Shown here: one piece after another, positions 40,380-49,908 of the stretch
Numbering within the stretch: position 1 is the stretch's first letter
How the letters are laid out: each line of letters begins with the position of its first letter
Sequence record: PZ179880.1
Strand: one strand, 5' to 3'
Origin: a phage
Length of the DNA: 64,000 nucleotides
Notes under the pieces: model-generated
Told to the model about the DNA's origin: nothing
The model's database searches: none
Seen by the model: the letters and a program-made list of their open reading frames with translations, nothing else
Program-made: the position numbers and the translations under genes

Positions 40380-41315
40380 TTTAAATTGTTCAGTAACGTC
40401 TTCAACTACTTCGTATTGACAGGTACGCATTTTAGCATCGTTATAATCAATCGGAATTGATACTACATCACGCGGATGTACTTTAACTTTTACAACTCGA
40501 CTGGTTGAACTGCCAAAGTGACGAATATAAGATTTAGAACACACATGCAGACCACGAGAACAAGTTTGTGTATCATCGTCATTCACACGAGTACGTGGCA
40601 TTTTAACTACTTTACCAGGACTGTTATCAAAGGTATTTGAGTGACAGTCAAAGTAATTGCTGCGAACTACTTTCCAAGCATAGAAGTAACCGTCTTCTGT
40701 AATTTCAATATCGTTTGCTACCAAGAAATCAAAGAGTCGAGATACCGCTTTTTGGCTCGGGTTTTCCAGCAGATTTTCCAAGAACGGAAAATAAAATTCA
40801 AAGTTTTCACCTTTTTCCATCGAATCGAGAATACGATCAACTAAACCAGACCGCAATTCAATATTTTGATAGAACAGGCTTCCACCTTCAATTCGAACAT
40901 CACCGGAAATATATTTTTCAACTGCGCGACGAACATTAATTTTTTGTGCCGCTTCTTCCAATTTATCTGCAACAAGCAGATTAAGAATTTCCTGGAAGTT
41001 TGAATGAGTATTAGGAGTTGCGTTGTAAGTTACGCCATCAACAGTAATTGAAATGAATTTTTTAGATGCATTCCAAATAATGTCAGATTTAGCAACTGAA
41101 GCAATAGCTACATCACTCTTAACTTCAACTGTAATGTCACCGCTAATGGTAACTTTGGAACGCTCAGCTTCTTCAGCATTTTTCAAAACACGACGGATTG
41201 TGTCAACCGATACACCTTGCCAATCAGCCAATTCCTGTTGGGTATAATTACCACTTGAATACAGTTTAACAATTTCAGCTTGTTCGTTTTTGGTCAGGCA
41301 TTTAATATTGTACAT
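40377..41315 (-). CDS. rIIB: rIIB protein
   Basis: 312 aa; immediately downstream of rIIA. Confidence 0.9.
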   Translation of the reverse strand: MYNIKCLTKNEQAEIVKLYSSGNYTQQELADWQGVSVDTIRRVLKNAEEAERSKVTISGDITVEVKSDVAIASVAKSDIIWNASKKFISITVDGVTYNATPNTHSNFQEILNLLVADKLEEAAQKINVRRAVEKYISGDVRIEGGSLFYQNIELRSGLVDRILDSMEKGENFEFYFPFLENLLENPSQKAVSRLFDFLVANDIEITEDGYFYAWKVVRSNYFDCHSNTFDNSPGKVVKMPRTRVNDDDTQTCSRGLHVCSKSYIRHFGSSTSRVVKVKVHPRDVVSIPIDYNDAKMRTCQYEVVEDVTEQFK

Positions 41316-41320
41316 AATTT

Positions 41321-41335
41321 TCCTTATTAGGCCGC
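41321..41335 (-). other. stem-loop at rIIA/rIIB junction
   Basis: GGCC-GCAA-GGGCC palindrome in the 11-nt intergenic space. Confidence 0.35.
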
Positions 41336-43504
41336 AAGGGCCTTCATAGTTTTAGCGATTTGGGAAACTTCATCATCACTTAAAGAGTTGCGATAACCGA
41401 TGAAGTCGGAAACAATACGGAATTTCTTGGTAAACTCAGCAACCATTTTATCACTGTTTTTTGAAGCATTATTTGATAATACATCAAAAAGATTAGTTAC
41501 TGTCCAGATGTCATGACCGATGGTATCTTTTCCACCGTTGAAATATACACCCTGTAATGAACTAACCATATTAGCGAGTCGTGTATATTCTTCAGAAACT
41601 TCATCTACACTGAAGTACTTCATCATAAAATCTAGTTCAGGATACTTGATAATTTTATCAATATATCGTTTAGCTGAACTTGAATAACCTACATACTTAT
41701 CATAATCTACATCATCAAAAGCATCTACATATAAATCACGCAAAGTTTCAAAAATACATTGGCACTGACCGAGTTCTTTTACCTTTTTCTGCAAAAGCGG
41801 ACGAATAACATAAAACTCATTAATGCCAATAAGATTAGCCATACGAATCAAAATATTCATAGATGGATGACAAAGAGATGTAGTACCATCCATAGAGAAA
41901 ATATCAGAACGATGCATATACGCTACATACCCAGTAATTTCATCTGCTTCTGATGTGAGCGTAAATAATTCCTCTTTTTCCCAGCGCCCGTCTTTAATTT
42001 CAAACTTAAATGCTGTAGCAGCTTTAGGACGAGGAGCTTTACTTTTAACTACCTTTGGAATATAGCTTTTAACTAAAGCTTCAATTTCTGACAAATAATG
42101 AATGTTAACTTCATCACTTTCAAACATCGCCATAATATCAGGAAGCAAATCAATCTGCGATTCTACTTCTGGATTAATAAACAGAAGGCGTTCGTTGTGA
42201 TGAATATTCAAAGTGTTATTAAATTCACTATCATCTAACGCATGTGCTAATCCACGGACAATATTAACACGATTTTTAATATTATCAATAACGATATTAA
42301 TTTTTGTTGCATTAATACCAAACAGACGATAACTTGATGCAACGGCTGAAGTTTCATGACTTTGCTTAATGCGCTTCAGTCGAGGGTCAAGATTTACTTC
42401 ATACACAACTCCTGCATTGCATAACTTACTATCAGGTTCAAACATGCTTTGCATCTTCTTATATGACAGATTTTTAGTCGTAAATTTGACTGAATTACTA
42501 ATCATATAATCTCGAGCAGAATACCCCATCTTCATCAATTCACGATATGTATGACGGGGAGATGTGGATTCTTTAAATCGTTTTACATCTTCATTAAATG
42601 CTTTCTCACTGAGTTCTTTAACTCGTTCAATAATATTTTTACGAGTACGATCATCCAGTGAAAGAGCCTCGCGAGATGGAGCAATATCAAGTGAACCCAT
42701 TGGAAACTTAATGTAATTCACTTCATTGCGGATGCTTAACCAGTTACGGTCTCTAATGACACCATCAATAGGATAAACAATACCACCATAGATAGCATAC
42801 AATCCACCACGATCTGGCCAGTATCTTTCTGGATTTACGCCGTAATAATCATCAAAATCCGGAAAATAATCAATTTCGCGGTCAAGACCATTAATGATAG
42901 CCAAATCTTTGAATGGTCGCATGATATAGGAAACTTCATAAGCAAAGTTTCTAAAGTCTTTTTCTTCAACTGGAACTACGATTTCAATACCAGTTTTATC
43001 GTCTGGACCCATTTCTTTTACGAATGTAGGTTTAATCTGCGGACCGTCACCATCCATATAAGCTACATAACCGCGAATTTCACCTTTATGGTACGAAGTA
43101 ATACTAAACGTATCAGTATAACTAAACGGAGATTTAGAACCTAAACCAAATCCACCAATGAAATCGTTAGATTCAGCCTTAGATGAACTGAAGTATGAAT
43201 TATACAACCCAGGAGAATTATCATCACCCTGAATATCAAAATCGCTCATACCCGGACCAAAATCTCGGCAAACAAATCGCGGATCTAATCGTCCTGGAAC
43301 TTGAATGATAAATTTTTCAGGATTTCCATTGAGAGCATGGGCATCAATCATGTTGGTAATCAATTCACGTACTACTGCGCGAATCTTGTTTGTGTACAAA
43401 TCAGATGATAGAATTTTAAATACTTTAGGAGATGCTGTGATGCTAAATGCTTTTGATTTAGAACCATTACCAAGAATTGTTTCTTTTTCAGTGGTGATAA
43501 TCAT
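41327..43504 (-). CDS. rIIA: rIIA protein
   Basis: 725 aa; ATPase-like N-terminal region. Confidence 0.9.
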   Translation of the reverse strand: MIITTEKETILGNGSKSKAFSITASPKVFKILSSDLYTNKIRAVVRELITNMIDAHALNGNPEKFIIQVPGRLDPRFVCRDFGPGMSDFDIQGDDNSPGLYNSYFSSSKAESNDFIGGFGLGSKSPFSYTDTFSITSYHKGEIRGYVAYMDGDGPQIKPTFVKEMGPDDKTGIEIVVPVEEKDFRNFAYEVSYIMRPFKDLAIINGLDREIDYFPDFDDYYGVNPERYWPDRGGLYAIYGGIVYPIDGVIRDRNWLSIRNEVNYIKFPMGSLDIAPSREALSLDDRTRKNIIERVKELSEKAFNEDVKRFKESTSPRHTYRELMKMGYSARDYMISNSVKFTTKNLSYKKMQSMFEPDSKLCNAGVVYEVNLDPRLKRIKQSHETSAVASSYRLFGINATKINIVIDNIKNRVNIVRGLAHALDDSEFNNTLNIHHNERLLFINPEVESQIDLLPDIMAMFESDEVNIHYLSEIEALVKSYIPKVVKSKAPRPKAATAFKFEIKDGRWEKEELFTLTSEADEITGYVAYMHRSDIFSMDGTTSLCHPSMNILIRMANLIGINEFYVIRPLLQKKVKELGQCQCIFETLRDLYVDAFDDVDYDKYVGYSSSAKRYIDKIIKYPELDFMMKYFSVDEVSEEYTRLANMVSSLQGVYFNGGKDTIGHDIWTVTNLFDVLSNNASKNSDKMVAEFTKKFRIVSDFIGYRNSLSDDEVSQIAKTMKALAA

Positions 43505-43514
43505 AATTTCCTCA

Positions 43515-43718
43515 TTAATTCATATTGCGTTTAATAACTTCAGCAACTTCTAGTAGTTCATCTTTAGTTGCGGTGTCGGATTGAATTTTATCTCTAATAT
43601 CCTTAAAGCGGTTTTTAAACTCTTCGGCTTCTCCCATATCGAAAAAGCGTTGAATGATTCTATATTCTCGATGAACTGCTTTATCAAAAAGTTCTAAATT
43701 TACTTTATATGATTTCAT
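43515..43718 (-). CDS. hypothetical protein (rIIA.1 slot)
   Basis: 67-aa ORF downstream of early promoter ~43741-43773. Confidence 0.5.
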   Translation of the reverse strand: MKSYKVNLELFDKAVHREYRIIQRFFDMGEAEEFKNRFKDIRDKIQSDTATKDELLEVAEVIKRNMN

Positions 43719-43740
43719 TTCAATATCCTCATTTACCCAA

Positions 43741-43773
43741 TTAATTATACCACATCCTTGTGGTAAAGTAAAC
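43741..43773 (-). promoter_or_regulatory. early promoter between gene 39 and rIIA.1
   Basis: GTTTAC and TATAAT with CCACA/TGTGG hairpin in spacer. Confidence 0.45.
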
Positions 43774-45593
43774 TATTGGCTCATCCATTCTTTACGAAGG
43801 TCAGCGTTATCTCCCATGAGCATTTCAAAAAGCTCTTTCCAGTTCTCAGGAAGTTTAACAACATCATATACTGGGTTTTGAATCATCTCACGATATTCAG
43901 ATTTTTCCAAAGAGCCAAGTCCCTTAATATAACGGATGCTATGTTTAGGTAGAGCATCTTTGGCACTCTCATATTCAGCGACTGTATAAAACCATTCTTG
44001 TTTTTTACCGACCTGAGCGATGATTACAGGAGTTTTGACGAAGCGAATTCTTCCTTGTTCAAACAGTTCTGGCCAATTACTAAAAAATCCGAGCAGAGAA
44101 GGATAAATGCTTCCTAGACCATCATGGTCAGCATCGGTCATAATAGCAATATTATGATAATTCAAGTTTTCGGCTTTTTCACCAAGAACTAATCCAGTGA
44201 TTGCGCAAATATCAAACAGTTCTTTGTTTTTAAGCATATCAGCATATGACATACCCCAACTGTTGAGAACTTTACCACGTAATGGATAACCACCATGAAG
44301 TTCTTTATCACGAACATCAATAAGATATCCGATAGCAGAATCGCCCTCAGTCAAGAAAAGAGTAGTATCAGCATCTTTACCACAAAGATTCGCTTTAATA
44401 TGTTTATGAACCTTAGCTTTAGAAGCCTTTTTAGCTGCTTTAGTTTCTGCTGCTTTTTCTGCCGCCAATTTACGAGCCAAAGCAGCTTCAATAATTGGCA
44501 TTAAAATTGCTTCATTATTTAAAATAGCGCGTGAAATCTTTTTAGCATCAAGCTGAATATGACTACGAATTTCACCAAATGGAGAAGTCAAACGCTCTTT
44601 AGTTTGAGAATCAAATCGCATGTTTTTCATATCACGAACAAACATGACGATAGTCAAACATTCTTTAACACGTGCTTTAGTTACATCAATTTTGAACTTA
44701 CGTTTGATTTGTGGAATAAGGTCTTCACAAATATCATCCATAACACAGTCAATATGATGGCCACCATTCTTAGTATGAATGTTATTGACGTATGTTAATT
44801 GACGAAAACCATCCGGTGAACGACCAACCGCAATAGAACAATTTTCTTGTTCTTGAACGATAGCATGCTCATCATATTGGCGTGCATATTTCTTAAAATT
44901 ACCCTGAACCTTTTTACCATTAAAGGTAAATTGAATATCAGGATAAACTACTGCAAGTGTCTGGAGACGATCCAGTGTAATGTCAAGATAAACCTGAGAC
45001 AGCTCATTAGTTTCAAATGACATAAAATCAGGAATGAAAGTAACACGAGTTCCTTTCCATTTTCCAGGAATATCTTCCCATGATTTATTTTCCATGCCAT
45101 TTGAACAACGAACTACAATATTATTTTGACCGTCGCCAGTTTCACCGACAAACATCACAGAAAAAATGTTAGTTAAACTAGAACCAACACCGTTCATACC
45201 ACCAGTGACGCGTTCTTTGTCATCACCAAAGTTACCACCTGCTTTTGGAATAGTCCAGGCAGCAACAGGACCAGGAATTTCTTCACCAGTAGGTGTTTTA
45301 ACCATTGCCTGTGGAATACCACGACCGTTATCTTCAACTGTTACTTGGTTGTTTTTGATAGTAACATTAATTTTATTTGCGAATTTAAACTTAGTACGAA
45401 TACCTTCATCTACTGAGTTATCGATAATTTCATCAATAAGCTTAACAAGACCAGGTACATACTGAACACTTTCCCATTTACCAAACAGAAAGCGCTCATG
45501 CATTTCATTAGCAGAAGAGCCAATATACATGCCGCTACGCTTTTTGATATGTTCAATATCGCTCAGAATTTTAATTTCATTCTTAATCATCAC
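43773..45593 (-). CDS. 39: DNA topoisomerase II large subunit (fused gp39+gp60 equivalents)
   Basis: 606 aa; GHKL ATPase N-terminus and Toprim (EGDSA, DADHDG) in one continuous frame. Confidence 0.9.
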   Translation of the reverse strand: MMIKNEIKILSDIEHIKKRSGMYIGSSANEMHERFLFGKWESVQYVPGLVKLIDEIIDNSVDEGIRTKFKFANKINVTIKNNQVTVEDNGRGIPQAMVKTPTGEEIPGPVAAWTIPKAGGNFGDDKERVTGGMNGVGSSLTNIFSVMFVGETGDGQNNIVVRCSNGMENKSWEDIPGKWKGTRVTFIPDFMSFETNELSQVYLDITLDRLQTLAVVYPDIQFTFNGKKVQGNFKKYARQYDEHAIVQEQENCSIAVGRSPDGFRQLTYVNNIHTKNGGHHIDCVMDDICEDLIPQIKRKFKIDVTKARVKECLTIVMFVRDMKNMRFDSQTKERLTSPFGEIRSHIQLDAKKISRAILNNEAILMPIIEAALARKLAAEKAAETKAAKKASKAKVHKHIKANLCGKDADTTLFLTEGDSAIGYLIDVRDKELHGGYPLRGKVLNSWGMSYADMLKNKELFDICAITGLVLGEKAENLNYHNIAIMTDADHDGLGSIYPSLLGFFSNWPELFEQGRIRFVKTPVIIAQVGKKQEWFYTVAEYESAKDALPKHSIRYIKGLGSLEKSEYREMIQNPVYDVVKLPENWKELFEMLMGDNADLRKEWMSQ

Positions 45594-45642
45594 TTATCCT
45601 CGTTTGGTTTCGGGAATATTATACTCCGGTAATCATAAAGCT

Positions 45643-45656
45643 AAAGGCCCGAAGGC
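45643..45656 (-). other. UUCG-tetraloop hairpin upstream of gene 39
   Basis: GGCC-UUCG-GGCC overlapping lipoprotein ORF end; T-run on plus strand. Confidence 0.4.
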
Positions 45657-45659
45657 CTT

Positions 45660-45920
45660 TTATTTAAAACGGATAGTCGAATCCTTGAAGAATAGACCAG
45701 AACATACGGTTCCTTCTACTTTCTGCCCAGTAGGTCCAATAGCACGAAATCCAGTATGTTGGAAATCATTTTCAGAGCAACCGAACCAATTGTATCCAGT
45801 GATTTCAATATTAGTAAAACCGCTTGAAGACAAAACTTTGGTTGCGTTATCAGCATCAGTACATCCTACTAAAGATACTGCTAATACTAATGCCGCGATA
45901 GAACGATTAACATATTTCAT
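45660..45920 (-). CDS. putative lipoprotein
   Basis: Signal peptide with lipobox LVGC; start taken at ATG 45918-45920. Confidence 0.5.
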   Translation of the reverse strand: MKYVNRSIAALVLAVSLVGCTDADNATKVLSSSGFTNIEITGYNWFGCSENDFQHTGFRAIGPTGQKVEGTVCSGLFFKDSTIRFK

Positions 45921-45925
45921 AATTT

Positions 45926-46081
45926 TCACTTAAATTTAATGGCTTGAAGAAGACTAATAACTCTCAAACGACTTCTTTCATCTTTAACCGTAAAAGAAAG
46001 AGGGTCACCAGATTTCATAGTGATAGTGCATTCAAAATCAAAATCTTCGCGAATGCGATATTTCTTACTGATTTTAAACAT
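45926..46081 (-). CDS. hypothetical small protein (51 aa)
   Basis: Hand-translated ORF below track threshold. Confidence 0.3.
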   Translation of the reverse strand: MFKISKKYRIREDFDFECTITMKSGDPLSFTVKDERSRLRVISLLQAIKFK

Positions 46082-46083
46082 AA

Positions 46084-46260
46084 TTACCCTTTAAGTAAGT
46101 CGTAAAATCCACCATTCACATGCTTAGGAGCGGAAACTAACCGAATAGCAATCCGATGACAATCAGGACATACATCAGTATCCCTTTCAGAAATTTTCTT
46201 GATTTTTTCGTATTCTTTTGCGCAGTCTTTGGATTGGCATTTATAATCATAAAGCGGCAT
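46084..46260 (-). CDS. zinc-ribbon small protein (58 aa)
   Basis: Hand-translated; two Cys pairs (CQSKDC ... CPDC). Confidence 0.4.
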   Translation of the reverse strand: MPLYDYKCQSKDCAKEYEKIKKISERDTDVCPDCHRIAIRLVSAPKHVNGGFYDLLKG

Positions 46261-46262
46261 AA

Positions 46263-46676
46263 TTATTCCTTAAAGTGAGCTTTCAACATCTGATACAAAG
46301 ACCATGCCTGTTCATTATTTTCAATAGTAACTTTCATTACAGGGAATTCTGTAAAATCTTCTATTTGTTCTTGCTCTTCCTGCTCTTGCTCTTCGGCTGC
46401 CTGGTATGGATTTTCCACTTCATCAAAGAACTTTGCATCGTCCGCTAAAAGACAAATATAATTTTCATCGCAAATATCTTTATATAAAAATAATGTTCTG
46501 CTAGATGTCATAATTTTAATTGGAGTTTGAAGAGAATCAACATCCAAGATTTTAAAAGGTTGCATATCTAAACGTTGTGCATAAATTTTATTCTCAGTAT
46601 GGTCTTCAATAAAAGCTTCTTGAGCTTGTTTATTTTTAAATTGATACCATTTATTAACTTCAAATTTAATAGCCAT
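46263..46676 (-). CDS. hypothetical acidic protein (goF-like position)
   Basis: 137-aa ORF with [10 protein letters not shown] tract. Confidence 0.45.
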   Translation of the reverse strand: MAIKFEVNKWYQFKNKQAQEAFIEDHTENKIYAQRLDMQPFKILDVDSLQTPIKIMTSSRTLFLYKDICDENYICLLADDAKFFDEVENPYQAAEEQEQEEQEQIEDFTEFPVMKVTIENNEQAWSLYQMLKAHFKE

Positions 46677-46891
46677 TAATAAATTTCCTTCCAGTAAGTT
46701 GTACCGCCTTCAGTGATTTCACGGAATACACCGTAAATTGGTTGTTTATCACCGACTTTCTCATACACATAAACCGAAGTTAAGTGAGTAAACTTGCTAG
46801 TATGTTCCTTTTGAACTACTACCAAATCTGGATCGAATAATACATCTTCAAATTCGTTATTAGTGCAGTTCTGAACAATTTTACGTTTCAT
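46676..46891 (-). CDS. hypothetical protein (cef-like position)
   Basis: 71-aa ORF. Confidence 0.4.
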   Translation of the reverse strand: MKRKIVQNCTNNEFEDVLFDPDLVVVQKEHTSKFTHLTSVYVYEKVGDKQPIYGVFREITEGGTTYWKEIY

Positions 46892-46976
46892 TACAATTTC
46901 CTCATTAATTGAACATTGGAGTGATGCGTTTCAGAAGAGTAGTAGCACCTTTGGCAAATTTTCCATTTTATTCTCC

Positions 46977-47063
46977 AAGTTGTTTTCTGTATCAGTAGTT
47001 GATATTGATATAGTACCATAATCAACTACTGATGTATATAGTTTTATGAAAAAATTTTAAACT
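46977..47063 (-). promoter_or_regulatory. promoter-like element with perfect 13-bp inverted repeat flanking the -10
   Basis: ATCAGTAGTTGAT (46981-46993) and ATCAACTACTGAT (47011-47023) flank TGGTACTAT; A/T-rich UP region upstream. Confidence 0.4.
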
Positions 47064-47552
47064 TTATGCATAGAGAGCTTTGCTATAGTGTTTAATCCAG
47101 CTTTCAGGAATGACTTTGTATGTTCCTAAAAATACCACATTATACAGCTTAACACCGTCTTCTACCCACTGATCGGTAATGTATGCGCACATAGCACGAG
47201 TATAAACAGCCGCACCATCATCTTTGATAAATTTAAATTCACAAGGAGCAATGAACTTAATAGCCTGACCGAGTTTCCACTTAAAGTCTACACCTACGTG
47301 CGAAGTATCAATCGTTTCAATTCCTTTAGCAGGAACAGCTTTCAAAAACGCAGACTCAAGAAATTTCGCGCGAACATAGCCAAACTGGGGTTTAGACTTT
47401 CCATCTTTAGGAATGATACGCACTTTTACTTCAGAATCTTCATCTTTAACACCATGTTTAAGCTGAATGCTTACAATTTCAACCAATTTTCCTGCTGCTT
47501 TAGAACGGGATTTATCAGATACACGAGCAATTTCACCAATATTAATAATCAT
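47064..47552 (-). CDS. motB: MotB-like protein
   Basis: 162 aa; position as T4 motB; paralogous to next ORF. Confidence 0.55.
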   Translation of the reverse strand: MIINIGEIARVSDKSRSKAAGKLVEIVSIQLKHGVKDEDSEVKVRIIPKDGKSKPQFGYVRAKFLESAFLKAVPAKGIETIDTSHVGVDFKWKLGQAIKFIAPCEFKFIKDDGAAVYTRAMCAYITDQWVEDGVKLYNVVFLGTYKVIPESWIKHYSKALYA

Positions 47553-47589
47553 AGTTATCTCTCACTTGTTAAAAAGATTTTATACTCCA

Positions 47590-47626
47590 CGGGACCATTA
47601 TACTCTGGTCCCAAGAGTTTGTAAAC
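47590..47626 (-). promoter_or_regulatory. early promoter with -10 in hairpin loop
   Basis: GTTTAC, then GGGACCA-GAGTATAAT-GGTCCC. Confidence 0.45.
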
Positions 47627-47628
47627 TA

Positions 47629-48168
47629 TTAATTCAAAATAGCTACCACTGCACTACGAGGTACTACGCTAAAATCACCTGCATGAACAACGTTCAGAAG
47701 TTCAACACCATCTTCAATCCACTGGTCTGTTACCCAACCACAGACCGAAATAAATGGGGTCTTAATAGCTACTGCACGAGTCAAAAGGTCAGTAGGATCG
47801 CATTCTTGGAAGAGGATAAGCTCTGCTTCAAAAACTATAGTTTTAATTACTTCATCATTATCTAAACGGTGCACTCGAATCACGTAAGCTTTATTCTTAT
47901 CATGCCAATTACTTTTTGAAAAACTTTTAACCACGAACTCGCCTTCACCAAAAACGCTAGTCAATGCTTTATAACCCAAATCTAGTTCAGTAGTTTTAAT
48001 TTCAGTTTCAACCAGTTTGTAGGTTTTGCCGATTTCAATAGCGGTAGTCATAGTAGGTTCCTTAATTTCCAGTGGTTTAACAGGGCATACATAAGTGCTT
48101 ACAACATCAAAATCAATCAGTTTAGCTACCGGATTTGGTGTGTATTCAGGATTATAATTAAATTTCAT
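47629..48168 (-). CDS. MotB-family paralog
   Basis: 179 aa; shares C-terminal motif (TDQW[IV]EDGV.L.NVV) with 47064-47552. Confidence 0.5.
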   Translation of the reverse strand: MKFNYNPEYTPNPVAKLIDFDVVSTYVCPVKPLEIKEPTMTTAIEIGKTYKLVETEIKTTELDLGYKALTSVFGEGEFVVKSFSKSNWHDKNKAYVIRVHRLDNDEVIKTIVFEAELILFQECDPTDLLTRAVAIKTPFISVCGWVTDQWIEDGVELLNVVHAGDFSVVPRSAVVAILN

Positions 48169-48169
48169 A

Positions 48170-48709
48170 TTATCTCATTTCAATAAAATCTACGAGTTCA
48201 GCATGTGATTTGCGGAACATTACTTGGTGCCCGCCAATGATAACTTCATCTTCAGGAACTTCATATACAGCGAGATAAAATCCTTTAGAAGATAATTCTT
48301 CGCGTTCTTCTCGCGTGAACCATCTCATCATATCATATTCGCTAGCGAAAGCAAAATGATAAAGAGCTATAAACCATCCTGGAATATGATATTCTACTCC
48401 AACATAATCTTTCTTGAACTTAGTATTAATTACTATATTAGCGTTTTTAACTAATAGTTTATCTTCGTGTGGTAAAGGAATTCTTTTATTATTATCGCTA
48501 TGATGCATAAAATTAGGTCTATCATAACCTACGTGTAATAACCACTCTTCGCTCCATGAATCTATTATACTCCTGTATGGTGTTATTTGAACACAAAGAT
48601 TTCGACGCATTGTTATAGCATCTTCATAATCAAGAATGCTAAACGATGATTCAACACGATAAATTTTCATTTTATTATCCTCAGTAGCTATGATGTTATA
48701 ATACCACAA
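48170..48709 (-). CDS. hypothetical protein (179 aa)
   Basis: ORF. Confidence 0.45.
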   Translation of the reverse strand: MWYYNIIATEDNKMKIYRVESSFSILDYEDAITMRRNLCVQITPYRSIIDSWSEEWLLHVGYDRPNFMHHSDNNKRIPLPHEDKLLVKNANIVINTKFKKDYVGVEYHIPGWFIALYHFAFASEYDMMRWFTREEREELSSKGFYLAVYEVPEDEVIIGGHQVMFRKSHAELVDFIEMR

Positions 48710-48727
48710 CTAACCGAGGAAGTAAAC
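48695..48727 (-). promoter_or_regulatory. early promoter upstream of motB.2-like ORF
   Basis: GTTTAC and TATTATAAC on minus strand. Confidence 0.4.
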
Positions 48728-48733
48728 AACTTT

Positions 48734-49417
48734 TTATCGTTTTGTTGGAAGAGATAGAGGATCGCACTCTTCCTCTGACGGAGCATCTTCAAGACCCATA
48801 GCATATCGCAAAGCATACTTCATCATCAGGATGTCTTTCGCACAGTCATGAATAGAATCATGTGCAACGAATCCATCCAAAGTTCCCTTTGGAAGAGGAC
48901 ACGTGGTCATATCACGAACAAGCAGAAGTGCTTCAATTCTGGTACGAATATCACGCTGATTCCAGAATTTACAAGGTTCTAACTTAAATGTGTCAAGCTC
49001 ATTCTCGGAAACGCCGTTAAGACGTTGAATATCGCGAATGAGATCAACTAAAATTGGAAAATCAAACGACATTCCACGGCACCAGCCCTGAGATTTCCAA
49101 GGATCGATATTATGCGCATTGATGTAATCATTAAATTTTGCAATACCATCGATAGTGCTTACATCTTCATTTGATGGTGCAATATTTTTTCGAGCTTCAG
49201 GAGACTGATTTTTCCACCATTCGATAGTGCTTTTAGTAAAAAGACGATGTCCTTTTTGGCTTTTTAAATCAAATTTGATTTTAATGCCGCGTGAAACTAA
49301 TTCATCAAATGTTTCAACTACTTCTGGATTAGGGTCAAAGGCAATAACAGCCAAATCAATAACAGCTGCCTTTTCACCGCTTCCCATTGTTTCAAAATCT
49401 ATAATAAAATCAAACAT
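48734..49417 (-). CDS. dexA: exonuclease A (DnaQ-like 3'-5' exonuclease)
   Basis: 227 aa from MFDFIIDFETMG; DEDD exonuclease-like N-terminus. Confidence 0.7.
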   Translation of the reverse strand: MFDFIIDFETMGSGEKAAVIDLAVIAFDPNPEVVETFDELVSRGIKIKFDLKSQKGHRLFTKSTIEWWKNQSPEARKNIAPSNEDVSTIDGIAKFNDYINAHNIDPWKSQGWCRGMSFDFPILVDLIRDIQRLNGVSENELDTFKLEPCKFWNQRDIRTRIEALLLVRDMTTCPLPKGTLDGFVAHDSIHDCAKDILMMKYALRYAMGLEDAPSEEECDPLSLPTKR

Positions 49418-49670
49418 TAATAATCGCCTTATAAAGATGGCTAATTTCACCTAAAATATAATCACTGATTGTGACAGTTTTCACTCTACCACAAAAGAAT
49501 TCTAACGCAGTCAAATCTCGTTCAATTTCTTCCAATTGAAGCATTAACTTACTAGACTCAATTTTTACAGTTTCATAATTTTTACTATAAGATATTTCAT
49601 AAATTTCGCTTACTTTATCTTGAAGAAGATAAAACTGATCTTTAGTTATTTCCACGAATAGCTTCCTCAA
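49410..49670 (-). CDS. hypothetical protein (dexA.1 slot)
   Basis: 86-aa ORF. Confidence 0.45.
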   Translation of the reverse strand: MRKLFVEITKDQFYLLQDKVSEIYEISYSKNYETVKIESSKLMLQLEEIERDLTALEFFCGRVKTVTISDYILGEISHLYKAIINV

Positions 49671-49902
49671 ATTTAATCAGCAGCTTACAGACACTTTCAT
49701 CTAGCGTAATTACCGTGTCTGTATTACTATGATATGATTGTTTTTCAATTCGTTTAATTGCTAGTATAGTATCACTTATAAGATTAAGCTTATAAAGGAG
49801 CTCAGCTCCTGTTATCATAACACTGAGGTTATCTTGCTTGTCAGTATGCTTCTTTATACCATCTATTAGACGATTTAAATATTTTGAATTGATGTTAATC
49901 AT
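49642..49902 (-). CDS. hypothetical protein (dexA.2 slot)
   Basis: 86-aa ORF. Confidence 0.45.
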   Translation of the reverse strand: MININSKYLNRLIDGIKKHTDKQDNLSVMITGAELLYKLNLISDTILAIKRIEKQSYHSNTDTVITLDESVCKLLIKFEEAIRGNN

Positions 49903-49908
49903 ATATCC

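Noticed and set aside
43773-45593. Gene 60-type translational bypass (50-nt hop) or a mobA insertion in the topoisomerase large-subunit gene
   Set aside because: The ATPase and Toprim segments (…IAIMTDADHDGLGSIYPSLLGFF…) are in one continuous 606-codon frame; no internal stop or coding gap is present.
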